Made by a program: the position numbers and the translations under genes | Shown: positions 35,431 through 50,760 of the stretch, in pieces | Layout: every line of letters starts with the position of its first letter | Numbering within the stretch: the first letter of the stretch is position 1 | Assembly (NCBI RefSeq): GCF_009914755.1 | Contig: NC_060931.1 | Direction: 5' to 3' (one strand) | Length of the DNA stretch: 64,000 bases | Source of the DNA: the human T2T-CHM13v2.0 reference genome, Homo sapiens | The notes under the pieces: generated by a model | Databases searched by the model: none | What the model was told of the DNA's origin: nothing | The model's input: the letters and a program-made list of their open reading frames with translations, nothing else

Positions 35431-36998
35431 AAAAGGAAAAGAATGGAAGAAAGGGAAGGAAAGAAGGAAAGAAAAAAAGAAAGAAAGAATAGATGACACA
35501 AACAAATGGAAAAAACGCCTCATGCTCCAGGATTAGAAGAATTAATGTCATCAAAATGACCATACTGCCCAAAGCAATTCAAATTCAACAATACAGATTC
35601 AGCAAATACAGATTCAGGAATACATATTCAGCAAATACAGATTCAACACAATACCTGGCAAACTACCAATGTCATTCTTCATGGAATTAGAAAAAACAAT
35701 CCTAAAATTCATGTGGAACCATAAAAGGGCCCAAATAGACAAAGCAATCCTAAACAAAAGGAGTAAAGCTGGAGGTATCACATTTTGACTTAAAATTATA
35801 CTACAAAGCCATAGTAAACAAAACAGCATGGTACTGGTATAAAAATAGACATGACACATAGATCAATGGAACAAAATAGAGAAACTAGAAATAAATGCCC
35901 CATATTTGCAGCAAACTGATATTTGACAAAATATACACTGGCAAAAGGACACCCTATTCAATAAATTGTGCCGGGATAATTTTAGAGCCATATGCAGAAG
36001 AATGAACCTGGACCCCCGTCTCTCACCATATACAAAAATTAACCAAGATGGATTTAAGACTTAAATGTAAGACCTGAAACTATAAAAATCCTAGAAGAAA
36101 CCCTGGGAAAAACTCTTCCGGACATTGGCCTAGGCGAAGAACTTATGACTAAGTCCTCAAAAGGAAACAACAAAAATGAAAAACAAAAGTTGACAAATGG
36201 GACTTCATTAAGCTAAAAAGCTTCTGCAATGCAAAACAAATAATCAACAGACTAAACATACAGCCTATAGAATGGGAGAAAATATTTGCAAAGAATGCAT
36301 GTGACAAAGGGTGACTATTCAAAATCTATAAGAAACTCAAACTACTCAACAAGAAAAACCATTAAAAAGTGACCATACTGCCCTTGACATGAAGGACAAC
36401 ATTTTTCAAAAGAAGACATACAAATGGCCCACAAGCATATGAAAAAATGCTCTACAACACTGGTCATCAGAGAAATGCAAATCAAAACCACAATATGATA
36501 TCGTTTCACACCAGTCAGAATGGCTTTTAAAGTCAAAACACAACAGATGCTGGTGAGGCCATGGGGAAAGGAGAATGCTTAAACACTATTGGTAGGAATG
36601 TAAATTAATTCAGCCACTGTGGAAAGCAGTTTGGACATGTCTCAAATAACATAAAACAGAACTACAGGTCAACCCAGCAATCTAATTACTGGGTATATAT
36701 TCAAAAGAAAAGAAATTATTCTGCCAAAAAGACACATGCATCACAGCACTATTCACAAGAGCAAAGACATCGAATCAACCTACGTGTCCATCAACAATGG
36801 ATTGGATAAGGAAAATGTGGTACATGGACATGAGTCAATACTACACAGCCATAAAAAGAACAAAATCATGTCATATGCAGCAACATTAATGCAGCTGGAG
36901 GCCATTATCCTAAGCAAATTAATGCAGGAACAGGAAACCAAGTGCTGCATGTTCTCACTTATAAATGGGAGCTAAACATTGAGTACTCATGGACATAA

Positions 36999-37300
36999 AG
37001 ATATATATATTATATATATTTTATATAATATAAATTATATAAAATATATAATTTATATATTATATAAGTATATATAAAATATATATTTTATATATAACAT
37101 ATTTGTATATATAATATACAATATCTTTTCAGGCAGCTGCCTAGCCTTTATTTTATATATTTTATATGTTATATAGTATATATTATATATAATATATAAA
37201 TATGTGTTTTATATATTTATAATATGTAATATGTAATATATTTATATATATAATTTATAAGTATATAAAACATATAAATATATATATTTATATATATAGA
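36999..37300. repeat. AT-rich low-complexity (TA) tract
   Basis: About 300 bp of almost only A/T, interrupted at 37122-37154. Confidence 0.95.
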
Positions 37301-38589
37301 TGGAACTGCAGACCATTTTCTTTAGTGAAATAACTCAGAAACAAAATTAATTTTTTTTCTCACTGACAAGTGGGAGTCAAACAATGGGTGCACATAAACA
37401 TACAGAGTGGAATAATAGACATTGGAGACTCCAAGTGGTGCAAGGGTAGGGGGGCAGGATAAAATACCACCTATTAGATACAATGTATATTATTCTGGTG
37501 ATGGGTGCACTAAATGCCCACATTTTACCACTACTCAATATATCCATGTAACACAACTGCACTTGTACCCCTAAATCCATAAAAAAAAAAAAGAACTAAA
37601 AAAGTGAGTTTGGACACATGCTCTTTTTCACTATTGGACCTTAGCATTTTCCCCATAAATTGAGCAGTTTGATTTACCCGCTTTAAAAATAGCATCATTA
37701 TCTTTTCAGGCAGCTGCCTAGCCTTTATTTTTTTCCTGGAAGAGTACTTCCTTTAGCTTAAATTTAGGTCAGTAAGTATTGATTTTTTTTGAAAATGCCT
37801 TTTTTCATTATATGCACTCTTGACTTGCCCTAACACCCCCAATCCTGCACCTGTTGCCCCTAAGGATCTCTACCTTACTTGGCCAGTGTTGCCATATCCA
37901 CCAAACATGTTGTTGCCACTGGGCATTTATGGCAGAGGTGCAGTTTGAGTATAAGTTATGGACCCAAAAATGTTGAGTGTTCCAAATCAACATGAGGTGA
38001 ATGGTAGCTACTCCTAAATAGAGCTTAGTCTGAGTGTGTCATAAGACTTCCCATATTTTTTCTGAGTGAGTCCTAAATTACCATCTAGTGGGATCCTAGT
38101 CCATTAAGTGATTCCTACTGTGTGATTTTAGGTTACATTATACTGTTTTTTTTCCAACCACAAAAGCAAGGTTTCTGTCCCCTCAGTCAAGAGATACTGT
38201 GACAGGGCACACAGGTTGCTGCTGTCTTTTCTTATACCTGGGGACCTTGCACAGTAACTGATACCTATATTTATAGAAACACAATGATCCATTTGTCAAG
38301 TATTAAAAATAGACCAACGAGATCTAGAATTGGGAAGGACTTTCTGGATGTTCCTTTCTACATGGGAACCTAGATAGTACATTATACTATTTCAGATAGT
38401 ATATTATATCTGAAAAGAAAGTACCATAAGCTGTAGGAACATTGGATTGGTTCCAAGCGGTTGACATTAGAATACCAATGTCATTTTGATATGGAAATAT
38501 TGGAAAATAAGAGTCTGTCCCATATTTATGTTCATCAAATTAGTTATTTTCCAATGTATGGTGAGGGTATTGAATAAAGGAAGGTGTTT

Positions 38590-39283
<694 letters not shown>

Positions 39284-39854
39284 GAGGGGTTGTCATTAAA
39301 TATTTAGACAGTATAAAAGGAAAGCATGAGAGTAGAAGTCATATACAGAAGAAATTATTGTTTTATTTTGTTTTTTGATGAGGTCTTGCTATGTGGCGTA
39401 GACTGGTCTTGAACTCCTAGGTTCAAGCGATCCTCCCAAGTATCTGGGATTACAGGTATGCACCACCATGCCCAGCTATAGAATAAATTTATTGTATGGG
39501 ACTGGTCTAGTATCTTGAGATACACTGTGTACCCTGTTGTTGTCTTTGTCTTGTCTTTGGAGGAGCCAGGAGTCTTTCAAAATTTTAACTGAAGATCTCC
39601 AGAGGGCTTAGAAATCCATTTAGGAGTTGGGGCTTTTTTAAAATGAGAGATGTGAACCCAAGAGTCAAATCCTTCAAGTTTAGCTGCACAATGATTAGTC
39701 AACAGTATCTAATAAGGTTCCTTCCAGTGAGGCTTAAGAGAGTCCTTTAGCTGATGTCTTTCCCAATAAATGTAGTCACCCAATTGGAGGTCATGACATT
39801 TGATGTCTTCATCTCCCAGTAGTGTGCTGTGAAATAAATAATAAACTGTTCCAT

Positions 39855-41141
39855 GCATCTTGACTGCTCCAGCTCCAGCCATGTCTCAAAGGGGACCAGG
39901 TACAGGCTGCTACTTCAGAGGGGACAAGCGTGGCAGCTTGGCAGCTTGCATGTGGTGTTAAGCCTGTCAGTGCACACAGTGCAAGGGTTGAGTCTTGGGA
40001 GCCTCTGCCTAGATTTCAGAGGATATATGGAAAAGCCTGGATGTCCAGGCATAAGCCTGCTGCAGGGGCGGAGCCCTCATGGAGAACCTCTACTTAAGGG
40101 TAGTATGGAGAGGAAATGTAGGGTTAGAGCCCTCACACAGAGTCCCCACTGGGGCACTGCCTAGTGGAACTGTGAGAATAGGGTCACCATCCTCCAGACC
40201 CTGGAATGGTAGGGCTGCCAACAGCTTGCACTATGCACCTGGAAAAGCTGCAGGCACTGAATGCCAGGCCATGAGAGTAGCTATAGGGGCTGAACCCTGC
40301 AAAGTCAAAGGGGCGGAGCTGTCCAAGGCTTTGGCAGCCCACCCTTTGCCCCAGCATCCCCTGGATGTGAGCCATCAAGTCAAAGGAGCTTATTTCAGAG
40401 CTTTAAGATTTAATGACTGCCCTACTGGGTTTTGGACTTGCATGGGGCCTGTAGCCCCTTTCTTTTGGCCAATTTCCCCCTTTTGGAACGAGAGTATTTA
40501 CCCAATGCCTGTACCCCATTGTATCTTGGAAGTAACTAACTCGTTTTTGATTTTACAGGCTCATAAATAGAAGGGACTTGCCTTATCTCAGACTAGACTT
40601 CGGACTTTCGAGATAATGCTGGAATAAGTTAAAACTTCGGGAGACTCTTGAAAAGGAATTATTTTATTTTGCAACATGAGAAGGACATGAGATTTGGAGG
40701 GGCCCGGGGTGCAATAATATGGTTTGGACCTGTGTTCCCACCAAATCTCATGTTGAATTGTAATCCTCAGTGTTGGAGGTGGGGCCTGGTGGAAGATGAT
40801 TGATCATGGGGTTAGAGTTCTCATGAATAGGCTAGCACCATCCCCTATTCTTGTGACAGTGAGTGAGTTATTGTGAGATCTGGTTGTTTAAAAGTGTGTA
40901 GCATGTCCCCTGCCTCCCCCACCCCGACCCCACACCACCCCTGCTCCTTCTCTGGCCATGTGAAGTGCTGCTCCCTCTTTGCCTTCTGCCATGATTGTAA
41001 GTTTCCTGAGGCCTCCCCAGAAGCAGAAGCTTCTATGTTTGCTGTACAGCCTGCAGAACCCAAAGCCAATTAAACCTCTTTTCTTTATAAATTACCCAGT
41101 CTCAGTATTTCTTTATAACAGTCTGAGAATGGACTATTACA
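39855..41141 (+). mobile_element. MaLR (MST/THE1) internal 3' part plus 3' LTR (40715-41141)
   Basis: Typical MaLR internal sequence, purine tract at ~40695-40714, LTR TAATATGGTTTGG...GGACTATTACA. Confidence 0.88.
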
Positions 41142-42633
41142 GACATTTTCTTATAATTTGCATTGTGGCTCTTTTGCTTGGGAATGTTTCAACCCAGTGG
41201 GAGAACATGCAAATCATAACCAACATGAATTTATATCCCTGAACAGGAGATAATTGAATGAAATGTGTTTGTCAAATATCAAAGGGTCCAGCAGAAAGGG
41301 AGAAGTGCCTCTGTGACTCACAGAGGGGCTGGATTATGTTTATTTAGCATAAACCTTATAAGCTATTGTGGGTGAAGGTTTTCAGTAGTATTGTTTTTCT
41401 CATGCAATCATTTTTTTTTTTTTAGGTCTCCAGTGTATAAGCTCATAGATGTGTTGTAACATAGGAAATTGAAATCCCATAGGCAAATGGGTTTGTCATT
41501 GAGTCCATACCATAGGTTACAAGTGGTAGCGGGGAATATTTGCCTTTTGTTAACCATATTTCTTTTCTCTCTCTCTTTTCTTTCATTCTTTTCTTTCTTT
41601 TTTTGAGACATGGTATCATTCTGTCTACCAGGTTGGAGTACAGTGCCACAATCATGGCTCACTGCAGCCACAACCTCCTGGGCCCAATCAATCCTCCTGC
41701 CTCAGCCTCCTGAGTAACTGGGGACTGCAGGCACCTGCCAACATGCCTGGCTAATTTTTGTATTTTTTTTTTTGTAGAGACAGGGTTTCACCATGTTGCC
41801 TAGACTGGTCTCAAATTCCTCGGCTCAGGTGATCCTCCTGCCTCAGCCTCCCAAAGTGTTGGGATTACAGGCATGAGCCACCACACTCAGCCTGCTAATC
41901 ATATTTCTTTTTCCTTTTCTGAGGCTCTTTCTTGAGCATCCTGACATTCCCTTTTAATTGGGTTCCATTTAAGCATGGCTATTTCTATGATTTCATCTCA
42001 TACTGGTAATAGGGCAGCTGTCTTTGCTGCTACATCAGTAAAATGGCTTCCCTTACTTTCCAGAGACTCAGTTTTTGAATATCTAGGGATCTTATAGCCA
42101 AATTTATTTTTGTAATTGAATGGCTTCTATAAGTTTAGAGACGTGAGAGCCATGTTTTGTAGGGTGTCTAGAGGAAGTCAGATGACCTTGTTATTTCTGT
42201 AACATTCCGAAGTCATGAGCTACACCAAAAGCATAGTGACTGTCAGTGTAAATTTTAGCTGTCTGATCTTTGGCCAACTGGCAAGTTCTAGTGAGCTCTA
42301 TTAATTCAGCCAGCTGAGGTGATATCACCATAAGGAAAGGCTTACTTTTTGTAATGTCCACAAAAGACACAACAGCATAGCCTGCTCAATATTTTCCAAT
42401 ATTTATCCTTTAGATATGATCTATCACCAAATAACATCAGCATTCTCTAGTGTTTTTTTGTTTTGTTTTGTTTTGTTTTGTTTTAACAAATCCTGTCTGG
42501 CCATCAAGAGCTATACTGTTAGTGATATATAATCACAGGGCATCTCATCAGTCACTTTAGGCAGCAGGGAAGTGAGCTTAAGAGCATTATAATGAAGATT
42601 GTATTATGTGAGGGAGAGAGTAAAAGTATCTCA

Positions 42634-42762
<129 letters not shown>

Positions 42763-43741
42763 CTACAGAAAAATTAAAAAATTAGCTGGTTGTGTGGTGG
42801 CATGTCTGTTATCCCAGCTACTCAGGGGTGCTGAGATGGGAGGATTGCTTGAGCCCAGGAGATTGAGGCTGCAGTGAGCTATGATCATGCCACTGCACTC
42901 TATCCTGGTGACAGTGTGGGACCCTGTCTCAACAAAACAAAAGAAGCCAACCTGCTAATAGAAAAAGGTTAAGTGCAATGCAAATTTAGAAGAGCTTCAG
43001 CAGAAGGAGGTACATACGTAGTGGAACTTTCATTACAATTTCCTGAGTAGCCTTGAGAAGTGCAACTATGGCTGAGATGGCTCTTAAACAAGGGGGTAAT
43101 CCACATGCTACAGAAGCTAGTTGTTGGCAGTAATAGCTGATACGTCTATGTTGTCCCCGTGTTTTGGGGCCAGAATGCGTAAGGTGATTCCATGACTTCC
43201 ATGGACAAAGTGGAAAAATGGTTACTAGTAATTTGGATGTCTTCAATCAGGGGCTTTTATAAAACTATCCTTTAACTCCTAGTTAGCTGTTTGTCCTTCT
43301 GTGGTTTAATGTATGAGATCTGGATGATCCTCTTTTACTAATGTATATAAACAGGCCAGGCATGGTGGCTCATGCCTGTAATCCTAACACTTTGAGAAAC
43401 GAAGACGGCAGCATTGATTGAGGCCAGGAGTTTGGGACCAGCTTGGGCAACATAGCAAGACTTCATCTCTACAAAAAATAAAAGAATTAGCTGGGTTGTG
43501 GTGGCATGCACCTGTAGTCCTAGTTACTTGGGAGGCTGAGGCAGGAGGATTGCTTGAGCCCAGGAGGTTGAGGCTGCAGTGAGCTATGATTGTGCCACAG
43601 TACTCTAATCCGGGTGACAGGGTGAGACTTTGTCTCTAAAAACATAAAAAATAAAAGAGTGTTAAAAATAATAAATATATAAAGTTTGTGCCATGAGGGA
43701 AAAGTTAGGAATCTAGCTGTGACAGTAACCAGCTAATCTCA

Positions 43742-44065
<324 letters not shown>

Positions 44066-45724
44066 TTAAGTTATCTTTTAGTTTTTGGAGTATGGAATGT
44101 AAGAATTCCAGTTATTCTGTCTGGATTTATGTGTAGCCCTTCCTTAGAAATAAAATGTCTTAAGTATTTCACTCTGTTAGGCAGAATTGAAGTTTTTTCT
44201 TAGAGACTTTATGGTGTTTTTTTTTTTTTTGCTAGTTCCAATAAATATAGACAGTCCCTTTTTCATTTTTCTAAGTTGGAAGAGCATAACAAGGGTCATT
44301 CACATACTGGAGCAGAGCAGAATTTTCTTCAAAATTTAGTTCAGATAAATCAACTTTTAATATTTGTGAAAAGTAGGTTGGGCTTTCCTTGAAACCCTGG
44401 GGCATGACTGTCCAGGTGTATAGGCACTGTCCCAAGTAAAGTCAAACAGGTATTGACTATCAGGATCTACTGGTATACCGAAAAAGGCACTACATAAGTC
44501 AAATACAGTAAAACATTTATTATTTATGGGTGTATTAGACAAGAGGTTATGAGGGTTTGGAAATACTGGATGTCAAAGGACAACAATATTGTTAATGGCT
44601 CTTAAATTTGGCATAAATTTCCATTTCTTCCCCTTGGGTTTTTGTACTGGGATGATGGGCATATTATAAGGGCAGATGCAAGGAATGATTATCAATGAAT
44701 TCCTTAATTAACGTCTTTATGCCTATTATGGATTCCTGTTTTAATGGGGATCATTTAATATCAGGAATTGGTTTATTTGGATCTACTTGTATTTTTTACT
44801 GGTACAGCCATCGGAATTTTCCCTATGTTCATGGATGCACAGGACCATAGATAATCAGGAATGAAGTCTAACAAATCATGGTGTTCCTCCTTTGGTGCCT
44901 AGTAATTGAACCTGAATAATCATTTGACTGAAAATGTTTATAGTATCAATTTCAGCTGATTCTTTCTCATTTTGAAGAATATTCTTCCTGTTTTTGAAAA
45001 AGAGATATGGGCATTATAAAGCTCTAAGAAATCTCTCCTTGTAAGATATATTGGTACAGAAGGCACCAGAAGGAAGGAATGATGTCTATCTAAATTCCCT
45101 AGCTGCAAAGTTAAAAGTTCTGATCTATGTACAGTCATAGGCTGATTAGATATCCTTACCATCCGAAGTGGTTGGTTACTCCAAGGAAGAGGGCTCTTTA
45201 GGAGGGTAGGGTTGAGAATAGAAAGTCTGGCTTCCATATCAACTAAAGCCTTAGTTTGTTTTTTGCTTATAAACGTATTTACGTCCCCTAGAGTGTAACT
45301 TAGGAGGAAGGGAAAAGCCCTCTTTATTTTTCCAGAGCCTCCCTGTTCTTCCTTTCCATTTTCTCTTTTTGCTTTTGCACCCATTTCAGCTTTCTACAGT
45401 GTTTTAAAAGATGTCTTTTTTTTTTTTTTATAATACAGACATTCTTAGATGTTTTTGAAACGCCTTCCAAAAGGGTGGCCTCTGTTTAAACCTAGCAACT
45501 TGGCCAGTAAGTCACTGGAGTTGTAAATTTATAATTTTAGTGGCATTGTCATCCTTCCTCTGTTGTATCGCCCTGGTTGGCTTATCAAGAAGGTTTACAA
45601 GCTCAGAAATACGTGATGAGTCCCAGTTTATTTAATGTAACTTGACTACCTTGGCCAATTGTTTGTCTAACCCATTAAATAAACTTGAATTTAGTAAGGG
45701 ATCATTTTGATGATCTTAGACTGG

Positions 45725-46089
45725 TGATATGGTTTGGCTCTGTGTTCCCACCCAAATATCATCTCTAATTGTAATCCCCACATGTTGAAGGAGGGACCTG
45801 GTGGGAGGTGATTGGATCATGGGGGTGAATTACCCCATTCTATTCTTGTGATAATGAGGGAGTTCTCATGAGAGCTGGAGGTTTTTACAGTGTTTGGCAG
45901 TTTCCCCTTCGCTCTCACTCTCTCCTGCTACCATTTAAGATGTCCCTTGCGTCCCCTTTGCTTTCCACCATGATTGTAAATTTCCTGAGGCTTCCCCAGC
46001 TATGCAGAGCTATGAGTCAATTAAATCTGTTTTATTTATAAATTACCCAGTCTTGGGTATTTATAGCAGTGTGAAAATGGACTAATACA
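45725..46089 (+). mobile_element. THE1 solo LTR inserted in ERV gag
   Basis: TGATATGGTTTGGCTCTGTG...GGACTAATACA, perfect TSD ACTGG. Confidence 0.92.
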
Positions 46090-46416
46090 ACTGGCCTCAT
46101 TTATTCCAGAGTATTGTTTAAACATCTTTTAAAATCTTTCAAAGTAGTCTAATACAGTCTCATTTGATCCTTGTCTACATTGTTGCACCTTAAACCAATT
46201 AGTGTTCTTTGGAAAATATCTGGGGAATTACCTGTGTTAGACAATTTGTCAGTTCTGAGGCTTCTGCTGGGTCCTCTGCCTTTTGTTAATAGAAATTGCT
46301 TACTGGATTCTTCAAATCAACCTTTGATATCCATTCTCTACCTTTCCTTTCAGATAGTAACATATGAACTAGTTGACATAAATATGAATATACTGGCTTA
46401 TCGGTCTTTTTTTTGA

Positions 46417-46417
<1 letters not shown>

Positions 46418-46447
<30 letters not shown>
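46418..46447. repeat. (CA)n microsatellite inside the 3' end of an Alu
   Basis: About 15 CA units between GAGA and CCCACTCTGTC. Confidence 0.9.
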
Positions 46448-46449
<2 letters not shown>

Positions 46450-48041
46450 CACTCTGTCACTCAGGCTGGAATGCAGTGGTGTGATCATGGCTCGCTGTAG
46501 TATTGACCTCCTGGGCTCCAGCAGTCCTCCCACCTCAGTTTCCTGAGTAGCTGTAACCACAAAACCACACCTGGCTAATCATTTTTATTTTTTATAGATA
46601 TGTGGTCCCACAATGTTGCACAGGCTGATCTCAAACTCCAGGGCTCAAGTGATCCTCCCTCCTCGGTCTCCCAAAGTGCTGAGATTACAGGCTGACCACC
46701 ACACCCAGCCAGGTTTTACTGCCAAACTAAGTTCCTTAGGAAAGCCTATAGGATCTTGGGTAGTATCAGGAAATTAGTAAAACCCCTGAGTTCTAATTTG
46801 GTCCAGGTATAAGTGGTATAAGCCACTGAAGGATCCTCCCTTGGATTCAGCTTTCCTTTGGAAGGTGCTGCTAAAACTTCCATAGATAATGGGAGAGGAA
46901 GTCAAGGTAGGTCTGGACAGGGCAATTCTGAGAGCAGAGGATTGGAAAGGCTCTGGGGGACGGAGCAGGAATGGTAGTAGAAGAGGATAAAACAGTAGAC
47001 AATTCAGACTTTTTTTCAACTGAGAAACAATTTCCAGAATCTTGTGATTTACCTCCCATATGGAAATGATTGTCATTTCCTACTTTAGAGGCTTCTAGAT
47101 GCCATTGAAAGTAGCTTTCTCACTCTTTCTCTTTCATCTTTGAGCCAGCTCTCTCCCAATATGCATGTTAATCCAGTGATTCAAAAATTCTCAATATGAA
47201 GTGCCATAATTTTGTCATAAATCCAGCTGGTGTTTCAAGGGGTGGTAAGCACCCTTCAAAGATTTCAATCTTTGATGTCTAATTTCCCATGTTACTTCCT
47301 GTCCCCATCTATCTGCACTAAGCTAAGAATGTACAGGGTCAAAAATATGTTGCTTTAGAGCTTTACTCCTCAGGCTTGCACTCCCAAGTGGATTTAGCTC
47401 GCTTACATGTCTCAGGAAAACTCGCTGCTGAAAGAGGGAGCTACTCCTAATGCTAAATGACCCGTCTTCATAAGTGTTTCCTGGAGGAGCTAGACTATTT
47501 TGAATGTTCTTCTGTTCATAGTGGAACCCTATGGACTGTTGCACATCACCAGGGATTTCCCTCCAAGGTCCACAAGATTCTTAGTTGCCTAAGAATACCT
47601 GAAGTTTGGGGTAGAGGGAGTGTATTTCCCTTATCTTCAGAACAATTTTATCTCAATTGTTTTTATATGAAGGTGAAGGGGTTTGTGCAAGTAGAAGATG
47701 GCCTTTGAAAAGAGGGAAACATTGAGCTGAGCCACAAGATCCACCACTCAAACTGTGGCAATATTTGGTCAACCTAACCTTCTGTCCTTCCTTCCTAACA
47801 ATTTAGAACAAGCAATAACAATTCTATGAAGAATTTGGCAAACCCAGGATATATTACTCTTCCTAAACACAGCTTAGAATAAAAAAGGATCACTTACTTC
47901 TTGGTTGGTTACTGTTTATTTCTGTCTTTGGCTATGTCTCCAAATGGAATTTGTGCCTCCAATTCTTCATTCTTTATAATATGTTAGCAGCATTTTATAT
48001 AGCTGGTCACACTTTCCTTTGAGATATACTTTTTTCACTTC

Positions 48042-48456
48042 TGCTGTGGTTTGGAAATTTGTGTCCTCCAAACTTTATGATGAAATTTGATCCCCAGTGT
48101 TGGAGGTGGGTCCTACTGGGAGGTGTTTGTGTCATGGGGGCAGATCGCTTATGAATAAAATAGTGCCCTCCTTCAAAGGTGAGTGAGTTTTTCATTAGTT
48201 CCCATGAGAGCTGATTGTTACAAAGAGCCTGGCACCTCCCCCTCTTTCTCTTTCTTTCTCTCTCCATGTGCACTCTGCACACACCAAGTCACTTTCTGTC
48301 TTTCACCATGAGTGGAAGCCACCTGAGACCCTCCCCAGCTACATATGCCTAATCTTGAACTTAACATCCATCAGAATTGTGAGCCAAATAAACTGTTTTT
48401 CTTTATAAATTATCCATCAGGTATTTTTTTATAGTAACACAAAATAGACTAAGACA
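48042..48456 (+). mobile_element. MST solo LTR (MaLR)
   Basis: TGCTGTGGTTTGG...AGACTAAGACA; TSD ACTTC/ATTTC. Confidence 0.85.
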
Positions 48457-48864
48457 ATTTCCTTTCTGATAACTCACTCCTGGTTTTCCCTTGAGTTTGT
48501 TGGACGCTTCTGTTCAGTCTTTTTGGCAGACTCCTCCTTCCTTTTACTGGTAGCACCCCAGTGCCCAGTCCAGTTTTATATCTTCATTTCCCTATACCTC
48601 TCTCCCTATGAGGTCTCCTTCTATCTTATTATGACTTTGAGCACCATGCGTATGCTGATAAGTCTCTTTTCCAGGGCAGCATCCTGCACTACAGACAGAT
48701 ATGTCCAACTTTTTATTTGGCATCTCCACTTGGATGCCATAGACATCTCATAATTAATGTGTTCAAAGCCAAACTCCTCATTCCATTTTTCTTCTGTAAT
48801 TGTGCCACTCACCCATTCTCTGTCTCATTAATAACTGTCCATCTGTTAGTTACTGAGGTCAAAA

Positions 48865-49568
48865 TGTTAACAGTATAAAGTATCTGAGTCACATGGCACC
48901 AAAATAAGTTACCACCGATGAATCCGTATGAGTCTGCAGCAACCTCAATTCTTGCCTCCTTAGAGGAAAGAATTTGACCTAGGAGGCATAAAGCAGAAGG
49001 AGAGACAAGGCAAGTTTTAGAGCAGGAGTGAAAGTTTATTAAAAAGCTTTAGAGCAAGAATGAAAGGAAGGAAAGTACACTTGGAAGAGGGCAACTTGAA
49101 AGACAAGTGTGTGGTTTGATCTTTTGGCTTGGCCTTTTATATGTTGGCATACTTCCGGAGTCTTGCATTACTTCTCCCTGGATTCTTCCCTTAGGGTGGG
49201 CTGTCACCTGGGAGGGGAGCATGCGTACTGTGTTTACTGGGGTTGTACACATGCTCACTTGAGGCATTCTTCCCTTACCAGTCACATGTCCCTAGGAGGT
49301 CATATCCCAGTTAAACTTTGCCATTTTCCCTCATAGTGTGCATGTGTGAGTCCATTCGCCCAGATCTTACTGGGAAGCGGATGCTCACCAGTTTCAGGTG
49401 TTTTCTATTTACTGGGAGCCGGCCTTTCCCTGGCGCCAGCTGTGACCAGTTAGTATTTTAGAGAGACAGCTCACAACTGCCTGACCATCACCAGATGGTC
49501 ACCTGACATTCCTGGTGTGTGTGTGGAGGGGAGCCCTCTCCTGCCCTGCTCTTGTCTACCTACTCTAA
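48865..49568 (-). mobile_element. MER50-like LTR inserted in an L2 remnant (~48460-50000)
   Basis: Minus strand GAGCAGGGCAGGAGAGGGCTCCC...CCAGGAATGTCAGGTGACCATC; L2-like flanks on both sides. Confidence 0.8.
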
Positions 49569-50001
49569 TGAAAAAACCTCAGAGTCATCTTTGACCTCTC
49601 TCTCACACACACCACATCAATTCAAAATATATCAAAAATTTGAGCACTTATTTCTACTGCTGCTATATCAGTCATTTTCACCGTCATACTTGGATTATTG
49701 CAATAGCCTTCTAAATGGTCTCTTGGTAATCTATCCATGACCCTTTAATAGTCTGTTCGAAACACAGTAGGCAGGGTGATCATTTGTACAATGAATGAGC
49801 TCATGTCATTCCCTTGCTTGAAATCCTCCAATGGCTCTCCAGTACACCCATAATAAAAGCTAAAGTGCTCACAGAGACCTGTAAGGCTACTCAGTCTACC
49901 CCTCCTTAACCTCTCTGACCGTCATCTCCTACTACCCTCCCCTTCATCCCATTTGTTCCAGTCAACATGGGTTCCTTGCTGTTCTAGAAACATAGCAGGC
50001 A

Positions 50002-50760
50002 TGTATAGGAAACCAAAATATTTCACTCCAGAATATACTTCTTTAACATATTTCAAGATGGCTATTCAGAAAGGCTGGAAATACAAGAATAGCTGAAAGG
50101 CTGTCTTTTGTGGGCGAGATTTGCATCTGTAGAGAAAATCTGCATTGATGCAGTCAGCCTTTCTCCGAGGCCCTCTTTTGTCTGATCTAGGAAAGATTAA
50201 CTGAAAGTCTGACACCTTTAAAGGTATAAAAGAAACAGTCACCATCTATTTTTCTCTGATAGCTGCTACCTGTGAGGTTTCTTTTCTTTCTTTTTTTTTT
50301 TAAGAGATAGGGTCTCACTCCGTCATGTAAGCTGATTGCAATGGCATCATTGCAGCTCACTGAAACCTTGAACCCCTGGCCTCAAGCGCTCTTCCTGCCT
50401 CAACCTCCCAAAATGCTCAGATTATAGGCTTGAGCCACCCTGCCCAGCCTACCTGTGAGGTTTCGTCTGCATTATAAGATCACCTTTGCTAGTCAGGCCT
50501 CTTCTTCTTCCCCTTTCATAACCTGTTTGTCACAATCCAAGCCCTCATTTTTCTGTAACCTCAGGATAGTATATAAGGTTCTGTGCCTTATATGGGACAC
50601 ATATAAGGCACAGAGGGGTGGGAGGGGTGGGTTAATCACTCTGTATTTCTTCCCATGCACATTAACACATTTGTATTCCATTTCTCCTATTAATCCTCTT
50701 TGTGAGTTGATTGTTTTAGTGAAACTTCAGAGGGTGAAGGAGTTTCCTTTCGCCCCTATA
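50002..50760 (+). mobile_element. MER4-group 5' LTR (LTR48/MER34-like) containing an Alu monomer
   Basis: TGTATAGGAAACCAAAATATTTCAC...CCCCTATA followed by a PBS; Alu monomer flanked by the 16-bp TSD CTACCTGTGAGGTTTC (50266-50281 / 50449-50464). Confidence 0.75.

Larger units (their letters stand above)
34005..37590 (+). mobile_element. L1 (L1PB/L1MA-like) ORF2 3' part and 3'UTR, repeatedly interrupted
   Basis: ORF2-like GAACTACAAAATACTGATGAAAGAAATCA, continuing at ~35490 ([11 protein letters not shown]-like); 3'UTR and A tail at ~37580. Confidence 0.88.

Noticed and set aside
40079-40570. 163-aa ORF
   Set aside because: MaLR internal sequence remnant, not a host gene.
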